From the IMG/VR virus record IMGVR_UViG_2932454522_000002, positions 23,927 to 87,926 of that record: a stretch of DNA of 64,000 nucleotides. One strand, given 5' to 3'. Positions 45,973 to 54,520 of this stretch are shown in pieces. Under the pieces are notes generated by a model. That model was given only the letters and a program-made list of their open reading frames with translations. It was not told the DNA's origin and made no database searches. Position numbers and translations under genes: made by a program. Origin of the DNA: a virus. Taxonomy: Duplodnaviria > Caudoviricetes. Position 1 is the first letter of the stretch; each line of letters starts with the position of its first letter.

Positions 45973-48201
45973 GTGCCGATCCCCGGGAATCTCCTCTCCG
46001 CGACGACGGAGATGGTCGATCCGAACACCTCCGGCTGGACGCCCAAGCTGAACTGCACGCTTAGCTTGGGTACTGGCGGCCGGAACGGTCCTGGCTCCCT
46101 CGCCGTCAAAGCGACGGCGGCGGGGGAGATGCAGGCCCGCACGGTCACGGCCTATCCGGTGACTGCGGGCACGGTCTATCAGACGTTCGCTGACACCTCG
46201 TCGGCGGCGACAGTCGAACGGATCGGTATCCGTTGGCTTAATGCGGCGGGCACCGAGATCAGCATCACGTGGTCGCTGACGACGTCGTCCGCGTCCGCGA
46301 CCTGGCATCGAGTCAGCGTCGCCGGGGCCGCACCTGCCGGTACGGCGACCGCGCAGGTGGTGCTGTCCTCCACGGAGGCAGCGGCGGCCACGCACTTCTG
46401 GGAGAACGTCTACCTCGGGCTGCCGCTGAGGACCCTGGGCAACTTGTTCGGGTTCGGCACCGAAACCTCCGAGATCGACGCCAGCGGCTGGACTCCGCTG
46501 GTCAACGGCACTGTTTCCCGACAGGTGCCCGCTTTCAGCTGGGCGGTCGACTACTACCTGTCGGGCGGCCACGTCCTGGCTATGACGGCGACTGCCGCTG
46601 GCAATGCGTCGATGGGCGCTTTGGATCGGCCGTCGGTCACTCCGGGCGTCGAGTACATGGCCTACGCGTATCTCAACCCGCCTACCACGGGCAGTACCGC
46701 GTGGATTGAGCTGCGGTTCTACGACGTCAGCGGCACTCAGGTGCAGGCCACCAGGGCCGTGCTCGCCGCGCCTGGCACCGGCATGTACCGGCAGCGGGTG
46801 TCCGATACGGCGCCCGCAAATGCTGCGACTGCGTCGGTGGCGCTCGGCCTCGACGGGGCCAGCGCCGGGCAGGTGCTGCGTGCTGAGACGGTGGTCCTCA
46901 CCACGCCGACGCCCGTCCAGACCGGCAACGTCATCCCCTACGCCGATTCCTCGTTCGAGCAGGGCGTCGGCCAGTGGACAGTCGCATCCGGAGTGGCGAC
47001 CCTGGCGCGCACCACGCCGTGGGGAACCAGCGCCGACGCGTCCTACGGCCTCGCCATCACGACGGCCACGGCAACGGCCAGCGTCGTGCGCTCGGGCCGC
47101 TACCCGCTGACCGGCACCACCCCGGGCCAGAACTGGCGCGCATCTTTGGCTGTGCGTCTCACAGCGGGATCGTGGAGTCCGGTCGGCGCGCGGATTCGCT
47201 GGTACGACGCCTCGAACTCAGACCTTGGCACGTCGAGTACGTCCACCTACACTCTGCCCGCCTCCGGCTGGTACGGAATCTTCGTCGACGCTGTGCCGCC
47301 GTCGAATGCCACGCAGGGTGCTGTGGAGCTGACCGTCACAGCCACTGCCGCGAGCAGCGTGATGCAGTTCGACGCCGTGTCGCTGCGGCAGGTGCTTCCG
47401 CTCAGCGCCCTGGACGGGCATGACGCGGATGGATACGTGGTGCTGACGCTGAGGGAGCTCATCGTCGGCCAGACGGTCAGCGTGTACCGGGTCATGAGTG
47501 ATGGAACGCGCGAGCTGGTGCGCGGCGCATCGGGCCTCATTTTCCAGCAGACGATCACGTCGGACCTCATGGTCGTCGAAGACCATGAGGCCCCGTTCAA
47601 TGTGCCCGTCTCCTATTACGTCGAGGTGACGCAGCCGACAGGACCTCCCGCGACCCGCAATGTCGGTCCGATCACTCTCACCCTCGACGACATCAACACC
47701 GCGTGGATCAAAGACCCGGGCAATCCACAGCGAAATCTGCTGATCGTGGTCGAGAAGGCCCCCGACTGGCAGAGGCCGATCGATCAGGCAACGTTCGTCG
47801 TGAAGGGCCGCCGTAACAAGATCGTGCTCTCCGGCAGCAGGAACGGCCTGGAGGGCGACCTCACCATCTGGACCCGCACCGACCAGGAACGCCAGGCACT
47901 GCACCTGTTGCTCGACTCCGGCAACGTCTTGCTGTGGCAGGCCGTACCAGGCATGGGCGTCGACGACATGTACGTCAACGTCGGCGGCATCACCGAAGGC
48001 CGCATCGCCCAGCTCGCCCAAGAACAGTGGCGCAGCTGGACGCTGCCGCTCATCGAAGCAGACCGGCCCGTCACGACCGGCGTCAACGGCAGTGGCGGAC
48101 GCACCTGGCAGGACGTCGTCGCCGAATTCGACACGAACGCCGACCTGCTGCCCGTCTACGCGACCAACGAGGCACTGCTCCTGGACCGCAGAACGGGGTG
48201 A
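45973..48201 (+). CDS. minor tail (Dit-like) protein with carbohydrate-binding repeats
   Basis: Three GNL...E..SGW CBM-like repeats followed by a Dit-like C-terminus; follows tape measure. Confidence 0.8.
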   Translation: MPIPGNLLSATTEMVDPNTSGWTPKLNCTLSLGTGGRNGPGSLAVKATAAGEMQARTVTAYPVTAGTVYQTFADTSSAATVERIGIRWLNAAGTEISITWSLTTSSASATWHRVSVAGAAPAGTATAQVVLSSTEAAAATHFWENVYLGLPLRTLGNLFGFGTETSEIDASGWTPLVNGTVSRQVPAFSWAVDYYLSGGHVLAMTATAAGNASMGALDRPSVTPGVEYMAYAYLNPPTTGSTAWIELRFYDVSGTQVQATRAVLAAPGTGMYRQRVSDTAPANAATASVALGLDGASAGQVLRAETVVLTTPTPVQTGNVIPYADSSFEQGVGQWTVASGVATLARTTPWGTSADASYGLAITTATATASVVRSGRYPLTGTTPGQNWRASLAVRLTAGSWSPVGARIRWYDASNSDLGTSSTSTYTLPASGWYGIFVDAVPPSNATQGAVELTVTATAASSVMQFDAVSLRQVLPLSALDGHDADGYVVLTLRELIVGQTVSVYRVMSDGTRELVRGASGLIFQQTITSDLMVVEDHEAPFNVPVSYYVEVTQPTGPPATRNVGPITLTLDDINTAWIKDPGNPQRNLLIVVEKAPDWQRPIDQATFVVKGRRNKIVLSGSRNGLEGDLTIWTRTDQERQALHLLLDSGNVLLWQAVPGMGVDDMYVNVGGITEGRIAQLAQEQWRSWTLPLIEADRPVTTGVNGSGGRTWQDVVAEFDTNADLLPVYATNEALLLDRRTG

Positions 48202-48204
48202 TCG

Positions 48205-49296
48205 ATGTACCCCGTCAGCGACCGGTTCCTGCAGCGGCTGATGGAGTCGCACCACGTGGAAACGCGGGTGCAACTCTTCCTCACCAACGGGCAGATCATC
48301 GACCTGCCCCACACCGGCGGCACCGTCTCCGTCGACCGAACGCAGGCCATCCGCCGCACTTGCTCCGTCACCTGCGCCGACCCCTCCCTGATCCCGCTCA
48401 CTGCAACCGACAAGCTCGCCGTGTACGGGGCCAAGCTGCGGATCAGCCGAGGTGTGGCGTTCGGGGACGGCACCACCGAACTGGTGCCGCTCGGCCTGTT
48501 CCGGCTCGACTCCGTCGACGGCGACATCGGTGAAGGGCCGGTCACCCTGCAAGGCAAAGCCCTCGAGGCGGCCATCATCGACGACAAATTCACCGACCCC
48601 TATACGGCCTCGGGAACCGTCGTCGGCGCCGTCACCGCAATCATCCAACGCACCCTCCCCGCAGCGGACATCATCTCCACGATCACCGACGCACCCATCG
48701 GCAGCAGAGCGTTCGACGCCGAGGCCGACCCGTGGGCAGGCGCCCAAGAGATCGCCGCCGCGGCAGGCGCCGAGGTGTACTCGAACGCCGACGGCGTCTT
48801 CGTCATCAGCCAGCTGCCCGACCTGCTGACGACCCCGCCGGTGTGGGCGATCGAGGCCACCGAGGGCGGCGTCTACATCTCCGGCAACAGGGCCATGAAG
48901 TCGGACGGAGTCTTCAACGGCGTCATGGCCCGTGGAGAGAACACGAGCGACGCTGCCGCGCCCGTGTCGGCGCTGATCGTCGACAACGACCCCGGTTCGC
49001 CCACCTATTGGGGCGGGCCGTTCGGGCGCCGGCCGAAGTTCATCTCGTCGTCGACGCTCGTCACCGTCGCCGCCTGCCAGCAGGCCGCGGCGCTGGAACT
49101 GGCGAACTCGAAGGCGCCGAACGCGTCCGGCGACTTCAGCAGCCTCCCGAACCCCGCCCTGGAGCCGGGTGACGTTCTGCGCGTCACGCACCCGGATGGC
49201 ATCCGCGAGCTGCACCAGGTCGCCAGCTTCAGCGTCCCGCTGGATGAGGGCGGAGAGTTTCCGATCACGACGATCTCCGCGAAGGAGGACTCGTGA
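48205..49296 (+). CDS. minor tail protein (DUF5047-like hub)
   Basis: VPLGLFR, FNGVMARGE, GGPFGRRP, PNPALEPGD. Confidence 0.8.
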   Translation: MYPVSDRFLQRLMESHHVETRVQLFLTNGQIIDLPHTGGTVSVDRTQAIRRTCSVTCADPSLIPLTATDKLAVYGAKLRISRGVAFGDGTTELVPLGLFRLDSVDGDIGEGPVTLQGKALEAAIIDDKFTDPYTASGTVVGAVTAIIQRTLPAADIISTITDAPIGSRAFDAEADPWAGAQEIAAAAGAEVYSNADGVFVISQLPDLLTTPPVWAIEATEGGVYISGNRAMKSDGVFNGVMARGENTSDAAAPVSALIVDNDPGSPTYWGGPFGRRPKFISSSTLVTVAACQQAAALELANSKAPNASGDFSSLPNPALEPGDVLRVTHPDGIRELHQVASFSVPLDEGGEFPITTISAKEDS

Positions 49297-49895
49297 AATC
49301 GGCTCATGCCTCCACCCGGGATCTTGCCGATGCGCTCAGGCAGTCGGCGCAGCGGACCGGGGAGCAGGCGCCATCGGTGCGCGGCGCGGACTGGCGGACC
49401 GCTGTCGTCACCGCTGTCGGTGCGGGCACCATCACCGCAGACGGCCTGGTGTGGCGCTGCCTGGAGACCTACCCGCGCCCGGTCGTCGGTGATGTTGCGG
49501 TCGTCTCGCAGTCCAGCAGTGGCAGCCTCATCGCCCTCGGCCGCACCTCGACCGGCGCCGGTTGGACGCCGATCACGCTCGCCTCCGGGTGGACCGCCAA
49601 CGCCAACTACTACACGCCGACGTACCGGGTGTGGGGCGACGGCACCGCATCACTGTGCGGGCTTGCCTCGATGTCCGGCAGCCTCACCGCCGGAACCGTG
49701 GTCGCCACCTTGCCCGCCGCCGCACGGCCTGCCTCGCAGGTGCGCGCCCCTGCGCAGGTCGCGGTCGGATATTTCGGCGTCATCACCCTCTTTCCCAGCG
49801 GCGACGTGCAGCTCGGGGACTTCAACCCGGCGCTGTCGGCGACCGGCACCAAATACCTGCAGCTCGACGTGCTCGGCCGATACCGGCTCAGCTGA
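49293..49895 (+). CDS. minor tail protein
   Basis: Synteny; WTPITLASGW...LPAAARP receptor-binding-type domain. Confidence 0.7.
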   Translation: MKSAHASTRDLADALRQSAQRTGEQAPSVRGADWRTAVVTAVGAGTITADGLVWRCLETYPRPVVGDVAVVSQSSSGSLIALGRTSTGAGWTPITLASGWTANANYYTPTYRVWGDGTASLCGLASMSGSLTAGTVVATLPAAARPASQVRAPAQVAVGYFGVITLFPSGDVQLGDFNPALSATGTKYLQLDVLGRYRLS

Positions 49896-49904
49896 GGAGG
49901 CCTT

Positions 49905-50516
49905 GTGCCCACCACCGATATCTACGGGCAGGGCATCAGCCTCGCCGCGCTGACCGACGCCCCCGACATTCCGAAAGCCATCAGCGATGTCGCCTCCGGG
50001 ATGATCCCGCGAGGCGTCATGCGGTTCGCCTCCGCCTCCGCACGGGGCGCCACCCTCACCGCACCGGTCGCCGGAATGGTGGCCTGGCTCATCGACGTCA
50101 AACTGCTGACCCTGTACGACGGTTCGGCGTGGGTTGCGGTGGCCGCCGGCACCCAGTCGTGGTCCACCGTCGACCTCACCTCCGGCTGGTCCCACAACGG
50201 CAACAGCAACGGCACCTTCCAGTACCGGTCCGTCAACATGTTCGGGGAGCAAGTCCTCATGTTCCGCGGTGCGATCAGCCGCGCCAGCTACCCCGGCACC
50301 ATCCCCGTGCCGTGGCAGCTCAACTCCACACTGCTCCCGGCGGCGGCCCGGCCGACAGCCCTGCGCACCATCTCTGTGCCCTGCTCCGACATCAGCTCCG
50401 ACCGCATCTCACTGAAAATGGACGTCACCCCGGCCGGCGAACTCAACCTGTACGGCGTCAACGCCACCGCGAAACCGCCCTGGGTTGGTTTCAACGGCTG
50501 CTTCACCAGCCAATAA
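49905..50516 (+). CDS. minor tail/receptor-binding protein
   Basis: MRFASASARGATL..PVAGMVAWL; LPAAARP. Confidence 0.7.
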   Translation: MPTTDIYGQGISLAALTDAPDIPKAISDVASGMIPRGVMRFASASARGATLTAPVAGMVAWLIDVKLLTLYDGSAWVAVAAGTQSWSTVDLTSGWSHNGNSNGTFQYRSVNMFGEQVLMFRGAISRASYPGTIPVPWQLNSTLLPAAARPTALRTISVPCSDISSDRISLKMDVTPAGELNLYGVNATAKPPWVGFNGCFTSQ

Positions 50517-50582
50517 CTCGCACCACCCCCAGCCCGCGCCCCCTGAACTGGGCGCCTTTTTCATGCCCAGATTGGGGCCCGT

Positions 50583-51509
50583 ATGACAACAACCCCGCTG
50601 ACCGCGGCACAGATGGTCGCCAAGCTCAAGTCCGAGGGCCTCACCGTCCACGAGCACTCCGGCTGGTCAACCCACAACCGCGACTCCGCCACCGGCAAAA
50701 CCTTCGGCCCCGTCGTCGGCGTCCTCATCCACCACACCGCAGGCCACGGCGACAAAGAGCTCTGCTACAAGGGGCGCTCCGACCTGCCCGGCCCGCTCTG
50801 CCACTCCTGGCTCGGCAAGACGGACGGCCTCTGGATGATCGGCCACGGTCGCGCCAACCATGCGGGCCTCGTCGACGGCAAGGTCATCAACGCGCTCATC
50901 GCAGAGAAGAGCCCGCTCCCCAAGGACACCGTCGCCAACACCGACGGCAATGACTGCCTGTACGGCATCGAGATCGAGAACCTCGGTAACGGCAAGGACC
51001 CCTACCCCGCCACCCAGTACCGGCAGGCCGTCCTGTGGGCCGCCGCACTATGCCGAGCCCACGGCTGGTCCGAGCGGTCGGTGGCCGGGCACAAGGAAGT
51101 CCAGCCCGGCAAGGTCGACCCGTCGTTCGACATGGACGTGTTCCGCGCCGACGTGAAGAAGCAGCTCGCGTCGAAGCCCAGCGGAAACGTCACGCCCAAG
51201 CCCACGCCCTCCGTGCCACGCGTCGACCTGTCCCAGCTGGTGAACGCCGCCAAGACCGACCCGGGCGCCAAGCAGGGCCATGTCACCTACATGGCGGGCA
51301 CGAACCTCGTCGAAGCCGCCCTCGTCAAGGTCGGCTACCTGGGCAAGGCCTACGCCGGAGACGGGTCGTTCGGCTCGACCACCGTCACCGCCTACCGCAA
51401 GTGGCAGCAGCATCTCGGCTACAGAGGCAAGGACGCAGACGGCATCCCCGGCATGACCTCCCTGCGCCGACTCGGCTCCGAGACCGGCCTGTTCACGGTG
51501 ATCGCATGA
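50583..51509 (+). CDS. endolysin (amidase-2 plus peptidoglycan-binding domain)
   Basis: IHHTAG, GRANHAG, GIEIEN, GHKE..PGKVDP; DGSFGSTT..AYRKWQ...ADGIPG. Confidence 0.95.
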   Translation: MTTTPLTAAQMVAKLKSEGLTVHEHSGWSTHNRDSATGKTFGPVVGVLIHHTAGHGDKELCYKGRSDLPGPLCHSWLGKTDGLWMIGHGRANHAGLVDGKVINALIAEKSPLPKDTVANTDGNDCLYGIEIENLGNGKDPYPATQYRQAVLWAAALCRAHGWSERSVAGHKEVQPGKVDPSFDMDVFRADVKKQLASKPSGNVTPKPTPSVPRVDLSQLVNAAKTDPGAKQGHVTYMAGTNLVEAALVKVGYLGKAYAGDGSFGSTTVTAYRKWQQHLGYRGKDADGIPGMTSLRRLGSETGLFTVIA

Positions 51510-52060
51510 CCGGGATCGACTACGACCTCGAATTCCTCGAGGACGGCCGCACCATCGAGCTGATCTCTATCGGCATGGTTTGCGACGACGGCCGCGAGTA
51601 CTACGCCGTGAACCGCGACATGCCCGTGCGCCGCATCCGCAAGCACAAGTGGTTGATGGAGAACGTCGTCCCGTCTCTCCCGAAGGGGCACGGAGACGCG
51701 CGCATCAACATGCCGAAGCGGTGGCTGTTCCACTACGCGGATCCGGCGGTGAAGCGTCGCGAGCGAATCGCCGACGAGGTCATGGAGTTCATCCGCGCCG
51801 CCGGACCTGACGTCGAGCTGTGGGCCGACTACGGCGCCTACGACCACGTCTGCCTCGCCCAGATGTGGGGCCGAATGATCGACCTCCCCGAGGGCGTCCC
51901 GATGTTCACCAACGACATCCAGCAGGAAGCCCGCCGACTCGGCGTCGGCTGGGACGAACTCCCTAAGCAAGAGTCCGGCGAGCACAATGCGCTCGCCGAC
52001 GCCCGCCACAACCAAGTCGTCCGGCGCTGGCTCGCCGAACGGGAAGCGAGACAGTCATGA
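51506..52060 (+). CDS. DEDDh 3'-5' exoribonuclease (RNase AS/Rv2179c-like)
   Basis: YDLEFLEDGRTIELISIGMV, WLMENV, LWADYGAYDHV, HNALADARH. Confidence 0.85.
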   Translation: MTGIDYDLEFLEDGRTIELISIGMVCDDGREYYAVNRDMPVRRIRKHKWLMENVVPSLPKGHGDARINMPKRWLFHYADPAVKRRERIADEVMEFIRAAGPDVELWADYGAYDHVCLAQMWGRMIDLPEGVPMFTNDIQQEARRLGVGWDELPKQESGEHNALADARHNQVVRRWLAEREARQS

Positions 52061-52377
52061 CCGCGAACATCGACAAGGCCTACTGGATAGGCCTGCTCAT
52101 CAGTGTGATCCTGCCCGTACTCGTCGGCCTCGTCACCAAGCGGGTTACGCACGCGGGCGTGAAGGCCGTCCTGCTGCTGGCGCTCTCGACGATCAACGGC
52201 TTCCTCGTCGAGCTGGCCAACCCGGGACCGGGATGGGACTTCGGCACCGCCGTCGCCCTCTCCCTCGTCGCCTTCGCGACCGGCGTCCTCACTCACTTCG
52301 GCCTGTGGAAGCCCACCGGCGTGAGCGGCAAGGCGCAGTCCGCCCTTGGCGGCGGCACCTCACCGCAGGCGGTCTAG
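52057..52377 (+). CDS. holin
   Basis: Three TM helices, LPVLVGLVT...HFGLWKPTGV; in the lysis cassette. Confidence 0.8.
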   Translation: MTANIDKAYWIGLLISVILPVLVGLVTKRVTHAGVKAVLLLALSTINGFLVELANPGPGWDFGTAVALSLVAFATGVLTHFGLWKPTGVSGKAQSALGGGTSPQAV

Positions 52378-52820
52378 TGCCGAGCCGGGCGGCCCGGCGG
52401 CTGCAACAGAAGCTGGGCCGCCGCGGCATGTTCCTCCTCATCCTCGGCATCGGCAAAACCTGCTGGGGCCTGTCCTTCCTCGTGGACCCGCCGGACGACC
52501 ACGGCCTGCAACTGCTCACGCATTTTTGTAGCCTGCGCCACTGGTCCTGGCTGTGGATCATCTGCGGGATTGTCACCGCCGGGTCCGCCTTCCTGAAGGT
52601 CGGCCGGGACGGTTTCGGCTTCTTCGCCGCCCTCATTCCCCCCACGGTGTGGGCCACCGCCTACACGGCCGCCGTCATCGGCGGCGAATACTCCCGCGGC
52701 GCTTACGTCGCAATCTGGTACCTCACCTCGCACGTCGGGGTCATCATGTGGGCGAGCACGGTCCCCGAATACTCGGTCCCCCCAGTGCCGCGGCGCCCCC
52801 GGAGAGGCAAGGGCCCGTGA
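52377..52820 (+). CDS. four-TM membrane protein (lysis cassette)
   Basis: LGRRGMFLLILG; hydrophobic helices. Confidence 0.7.
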   Translation: MPSRAARRLQQKLGRRGMFLLILGIGKTCWGLSFLVDPPDDHGLQLLTHFCSLRHWSWLWIICGIVTAGSAFLKVGRDGFGFFAALIPPTVWATAYTAAVIGGEYSRGAYVAIWYLTSHVGVIMWASTVPEYSVPPVPRRPRRGKGP

Positions 52821-53176
52821 GCCTGATGGCGGGAATCGTGGCCGCACTCGGCACCCTCGGCGCCGTGATCGCAGGACTGTTCGCGGCACGGGCCACAACC
52901 CGCGCAGCCGCGGCCACAGCAGAAGCGACACGCGCAGCCGCACAAGCGCAAGCCGAACCCAATCAACGGGCCGAAGACCGGGCCGCATTCGACGCGATCA
53001 AATCTGAGCTGCGATCCGATCTGATTGCGACCCGCGAAGAGGTTCGGTCCCTCAAGTCCCTGGTTCGGGCCTTCGCCTGGTACGTAGGCGAGCTGACAAC
53101 CCAGATGCGCAGCAACGGCATCGAACCGCCGGCCCCGCCGTCGCGCATCGACGAATACAACCGCACCGGGGTCTGA
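52817..53176 (+). CDS. membrane-anchored coiled-coil protein (lysis cassette)
   Basis: N-terminal TM, coiled coil, GIEPPAPP. Confidence 0.7.
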   Translation: MSLMAGIVAALGTLGAVIAGLFAARATTRAAAATAEATRAAAQAQAEPNQRAEDRAAFDAIKSELRSDLIATREEVRSLKSLVRAFAWYVGELTTQMRSNGIEPPAPPSRIDEYNRTGV

Positions 53177-53192
53177 CCCTGGCCATTCCCTC

Positions 53193-53216
53193 AGCCCCCG
53201 CCGACCGGCGGGGGCT
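53193..53216 (+). terminator. hairpin closing the late operon
   Basis: AGCCCCCGCC-gacc-GGCGGGGGCT. Confidence 0.55.
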
Positions 53217-53236
53217 TCGCCATTCCCGGAGCCCGC

Positions 53237-53971
53237 ATGCGTTTTGCCCGCCTCACTCTGCCTGTTGTTGCCGCCGTCCTGCTGCTGATCTTGGCGACCG
53301 GCCAGGCGTCCGCCGCCAGCCCGGCCTATTCCGGAACCGGCTGGAAGATCGCCACAAGCGACGGCATCCACAGCCTCAGCCCCAAGCCGTACACGTTCAC
53401 GTTCACCGACGCGGCCTCACGCACCCGCCTCACCCCGTATGCCAAGGCGGTCGCCAGTCAGCTGGCCGAGGTGACCGGCACGCAGTTCACCGTGTCCACG
53501 ACCCTGGAAGCAGCGCCCGCCGCCGGCTCCTGCCCGCTGGAGCATCACCTGATCCTCGGCCTCAAGTACCGGCCGGTTGGCGACGTGGGCATGAGTTGGG
53601 CCTACACCTGCTACACCAACCGGCCCGGCCAGGAAGACGACCGTGCAGCGTGGGGCGGCTGGACGTGGATCGACACGGAGTATTGGCAGGCCAGCTGGTT
53701 CTCCGCCAACGCCACCGTCAACACGGCGCGGATCGAGAACGCGGTGACGCACGAGATTGGGCACATGGTCGGCCTCGACCACCCCAACCGCGACCTGGAC
53801 GGCGACGGCAAAGTCGAGGACTACGAGTGCACGCGTACCACCTACGGCTATCTGCCCGTCATGTGCGCGCCCGGCCTCGGCGGCTACACCACCGCAGGCG
53901 GCGGCGGACTCTTCACCAGCCGCGACACCCCAGGCCTCAAGCAGCTCGTCGCCAACTACGGCCTCGGCTAG
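53237..53971 (+). CDS. secreted metzincin zinc metalloprotease
   Basis: Sec signal peptide ending ASA; HEIGHMVGLDH zinc motif; PVM Met-turn. Confidence 0.85.
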   Translation: MRFARLTLPVVAAVLLLILATGQASAASPAYSGTGWKIATSDGIHSLSPKPYTFTFTDAASRTRLTPYAKAVASQLAEVTGTQFTVSTTLEAAPAAGSCPLEHHLILGLKYRPVGDVGMSWAYTCYTNRPGQEDDRAAWGGWTWIDTEYWQASWFSANATVNTARIENAVTHEIGHMVGLDHPNRDLDGDGKVEDYECTRTTYGYLPVMCAPGLGGYTTAGGGGLFTSRDTPGLKQLVANYGLG

Positions 53972-53979
53972 GAGGACCC

Positions 53980-54159
53980 GTGCCCGCCCCGATTCCCGTA
54001 CAGCCCAGGCGAGACGACGGAGCCGCCGACATGGGCAGCCTCGTCGACCTCGGCCTCGCCGACGAACAGCCCGTCCCCGAACCGCCGTCGATCGCCCCGT
54101 TCCAGGAGCCGGTCTATCCCGACCTGCCCGACGGGTACACGCCCGACGAACCCGCGTGA
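53980..54159 (+). CDS. small acidic Pro-rich protein
   Basis: AGGAGG RBS. Confidence 0.5.
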   Translation: MPAPIPVQPRRDDGAADMGSLVDLGLADEQPVPEPPSIAPFQEPVYPDLPDGYTPDEPA

Positions 54160-54162
54160 CGA

Positions 54163-54197
54163 CGCCCCACTCTTCCGCTCCGGCGGGGAGTGGGGCG
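54163..54197 (+). terminator. terminator hairpin
   Basis: CGCCCCACTCTTCCGC-tccg-GCGGGGAGTGGGGCG followed by a T-rich tail. Confidence 0.65.
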
Positions 54198-54261
54198 ATT
54201 CTTCATTTTGCTGGACAAGCAAGTGGGGTTGCTGGTTACAGTGGGAGTACAACTTCATGCA

Positions 54262-54331
54262 CCTCCCGGTGCGCACGGCCGCGGCTACTTCTTTGGGTGA
54301 ACTCGCCGCAGTCGACTTTGATCTCGGGAGG
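54262..54331 (+). ncRNA. short Y-RNA-like gene (YrlB-like)
   Basis: Terminal stem CCTCCCG/CGGGAGG; shares CCCGGTGCGCA...TACTTC...CCGCAG.CGAC.TTGATCTCGGG with the adjacent RNA. Confidence 0.75.
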
Positions 54332-54335
54332 CCAA

Positions 54336-54490
54336 GCATCGGGGGTGCCCGGTGCGCAGGCGGCGGATACTTCACAGTTAATCCATGGGTCGCGGGTTCG
54401 AGTCCCGCCTGGCGCCTAGCGTCGGTAGCTCAGTCGGTAGAGCAATGGCACAAGTCCCGCAGCCGACCTTGATCTCGGGCACCCCAATGC
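54336..54490 (+). ncRNA. yrlA: YrlA-type Y RNA with circularly permuted tRNA-like domain
   Basis: Stem GGGGTGCCCG/CGGGCACCCC; T arm GCGGG-TTCGAGT-CCCGC (54392-54408); loop-closed acceptor CTGGCGC-cta-GCGTCGG; D arm GCTC-AGTCGGTA-GAGC (54428-54443); directly upstream of TROVE. Confidence 0.85.
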
Positions 54491-54496
54491 TGACCT

Positions 54497-54520
54497 CCCC
54501 TCCACGTGAGGGGCTTTTTT
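54497..54520 (+). terminator. terminator-like hairpin containing the TROVE RBS
   Basis: CCCCTC-cacgt-GAGGGG-CTTTTTT immediately before GTG 54521. Confidence 0.7.

Noticed and set aside
54212-54242. Promoter for the Y RNAs (TGGACA-19-TACAGT)
   Set aside because: Position is plausible but the spacer is long, so it is not called as a feature
54392-54415. attL/attR remnant (tRNA 3' half) marking the prophage end
   Set aside because: Embedded in a fully paired Y-RNA fold next to TROVE, and no second copy was seen in the window
54383-54448. Canonical tRNA gene
   Set aside because: T arm precedes D arm, the acceptor stem is closed by a loop, and there is no CCA end or intact anticodon loop; fits YrlA instead
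54501-54508. Further GntR operator (TCCACGTG)
   Set aside because: Partial match only, explained as the loop of the terminator hairpin
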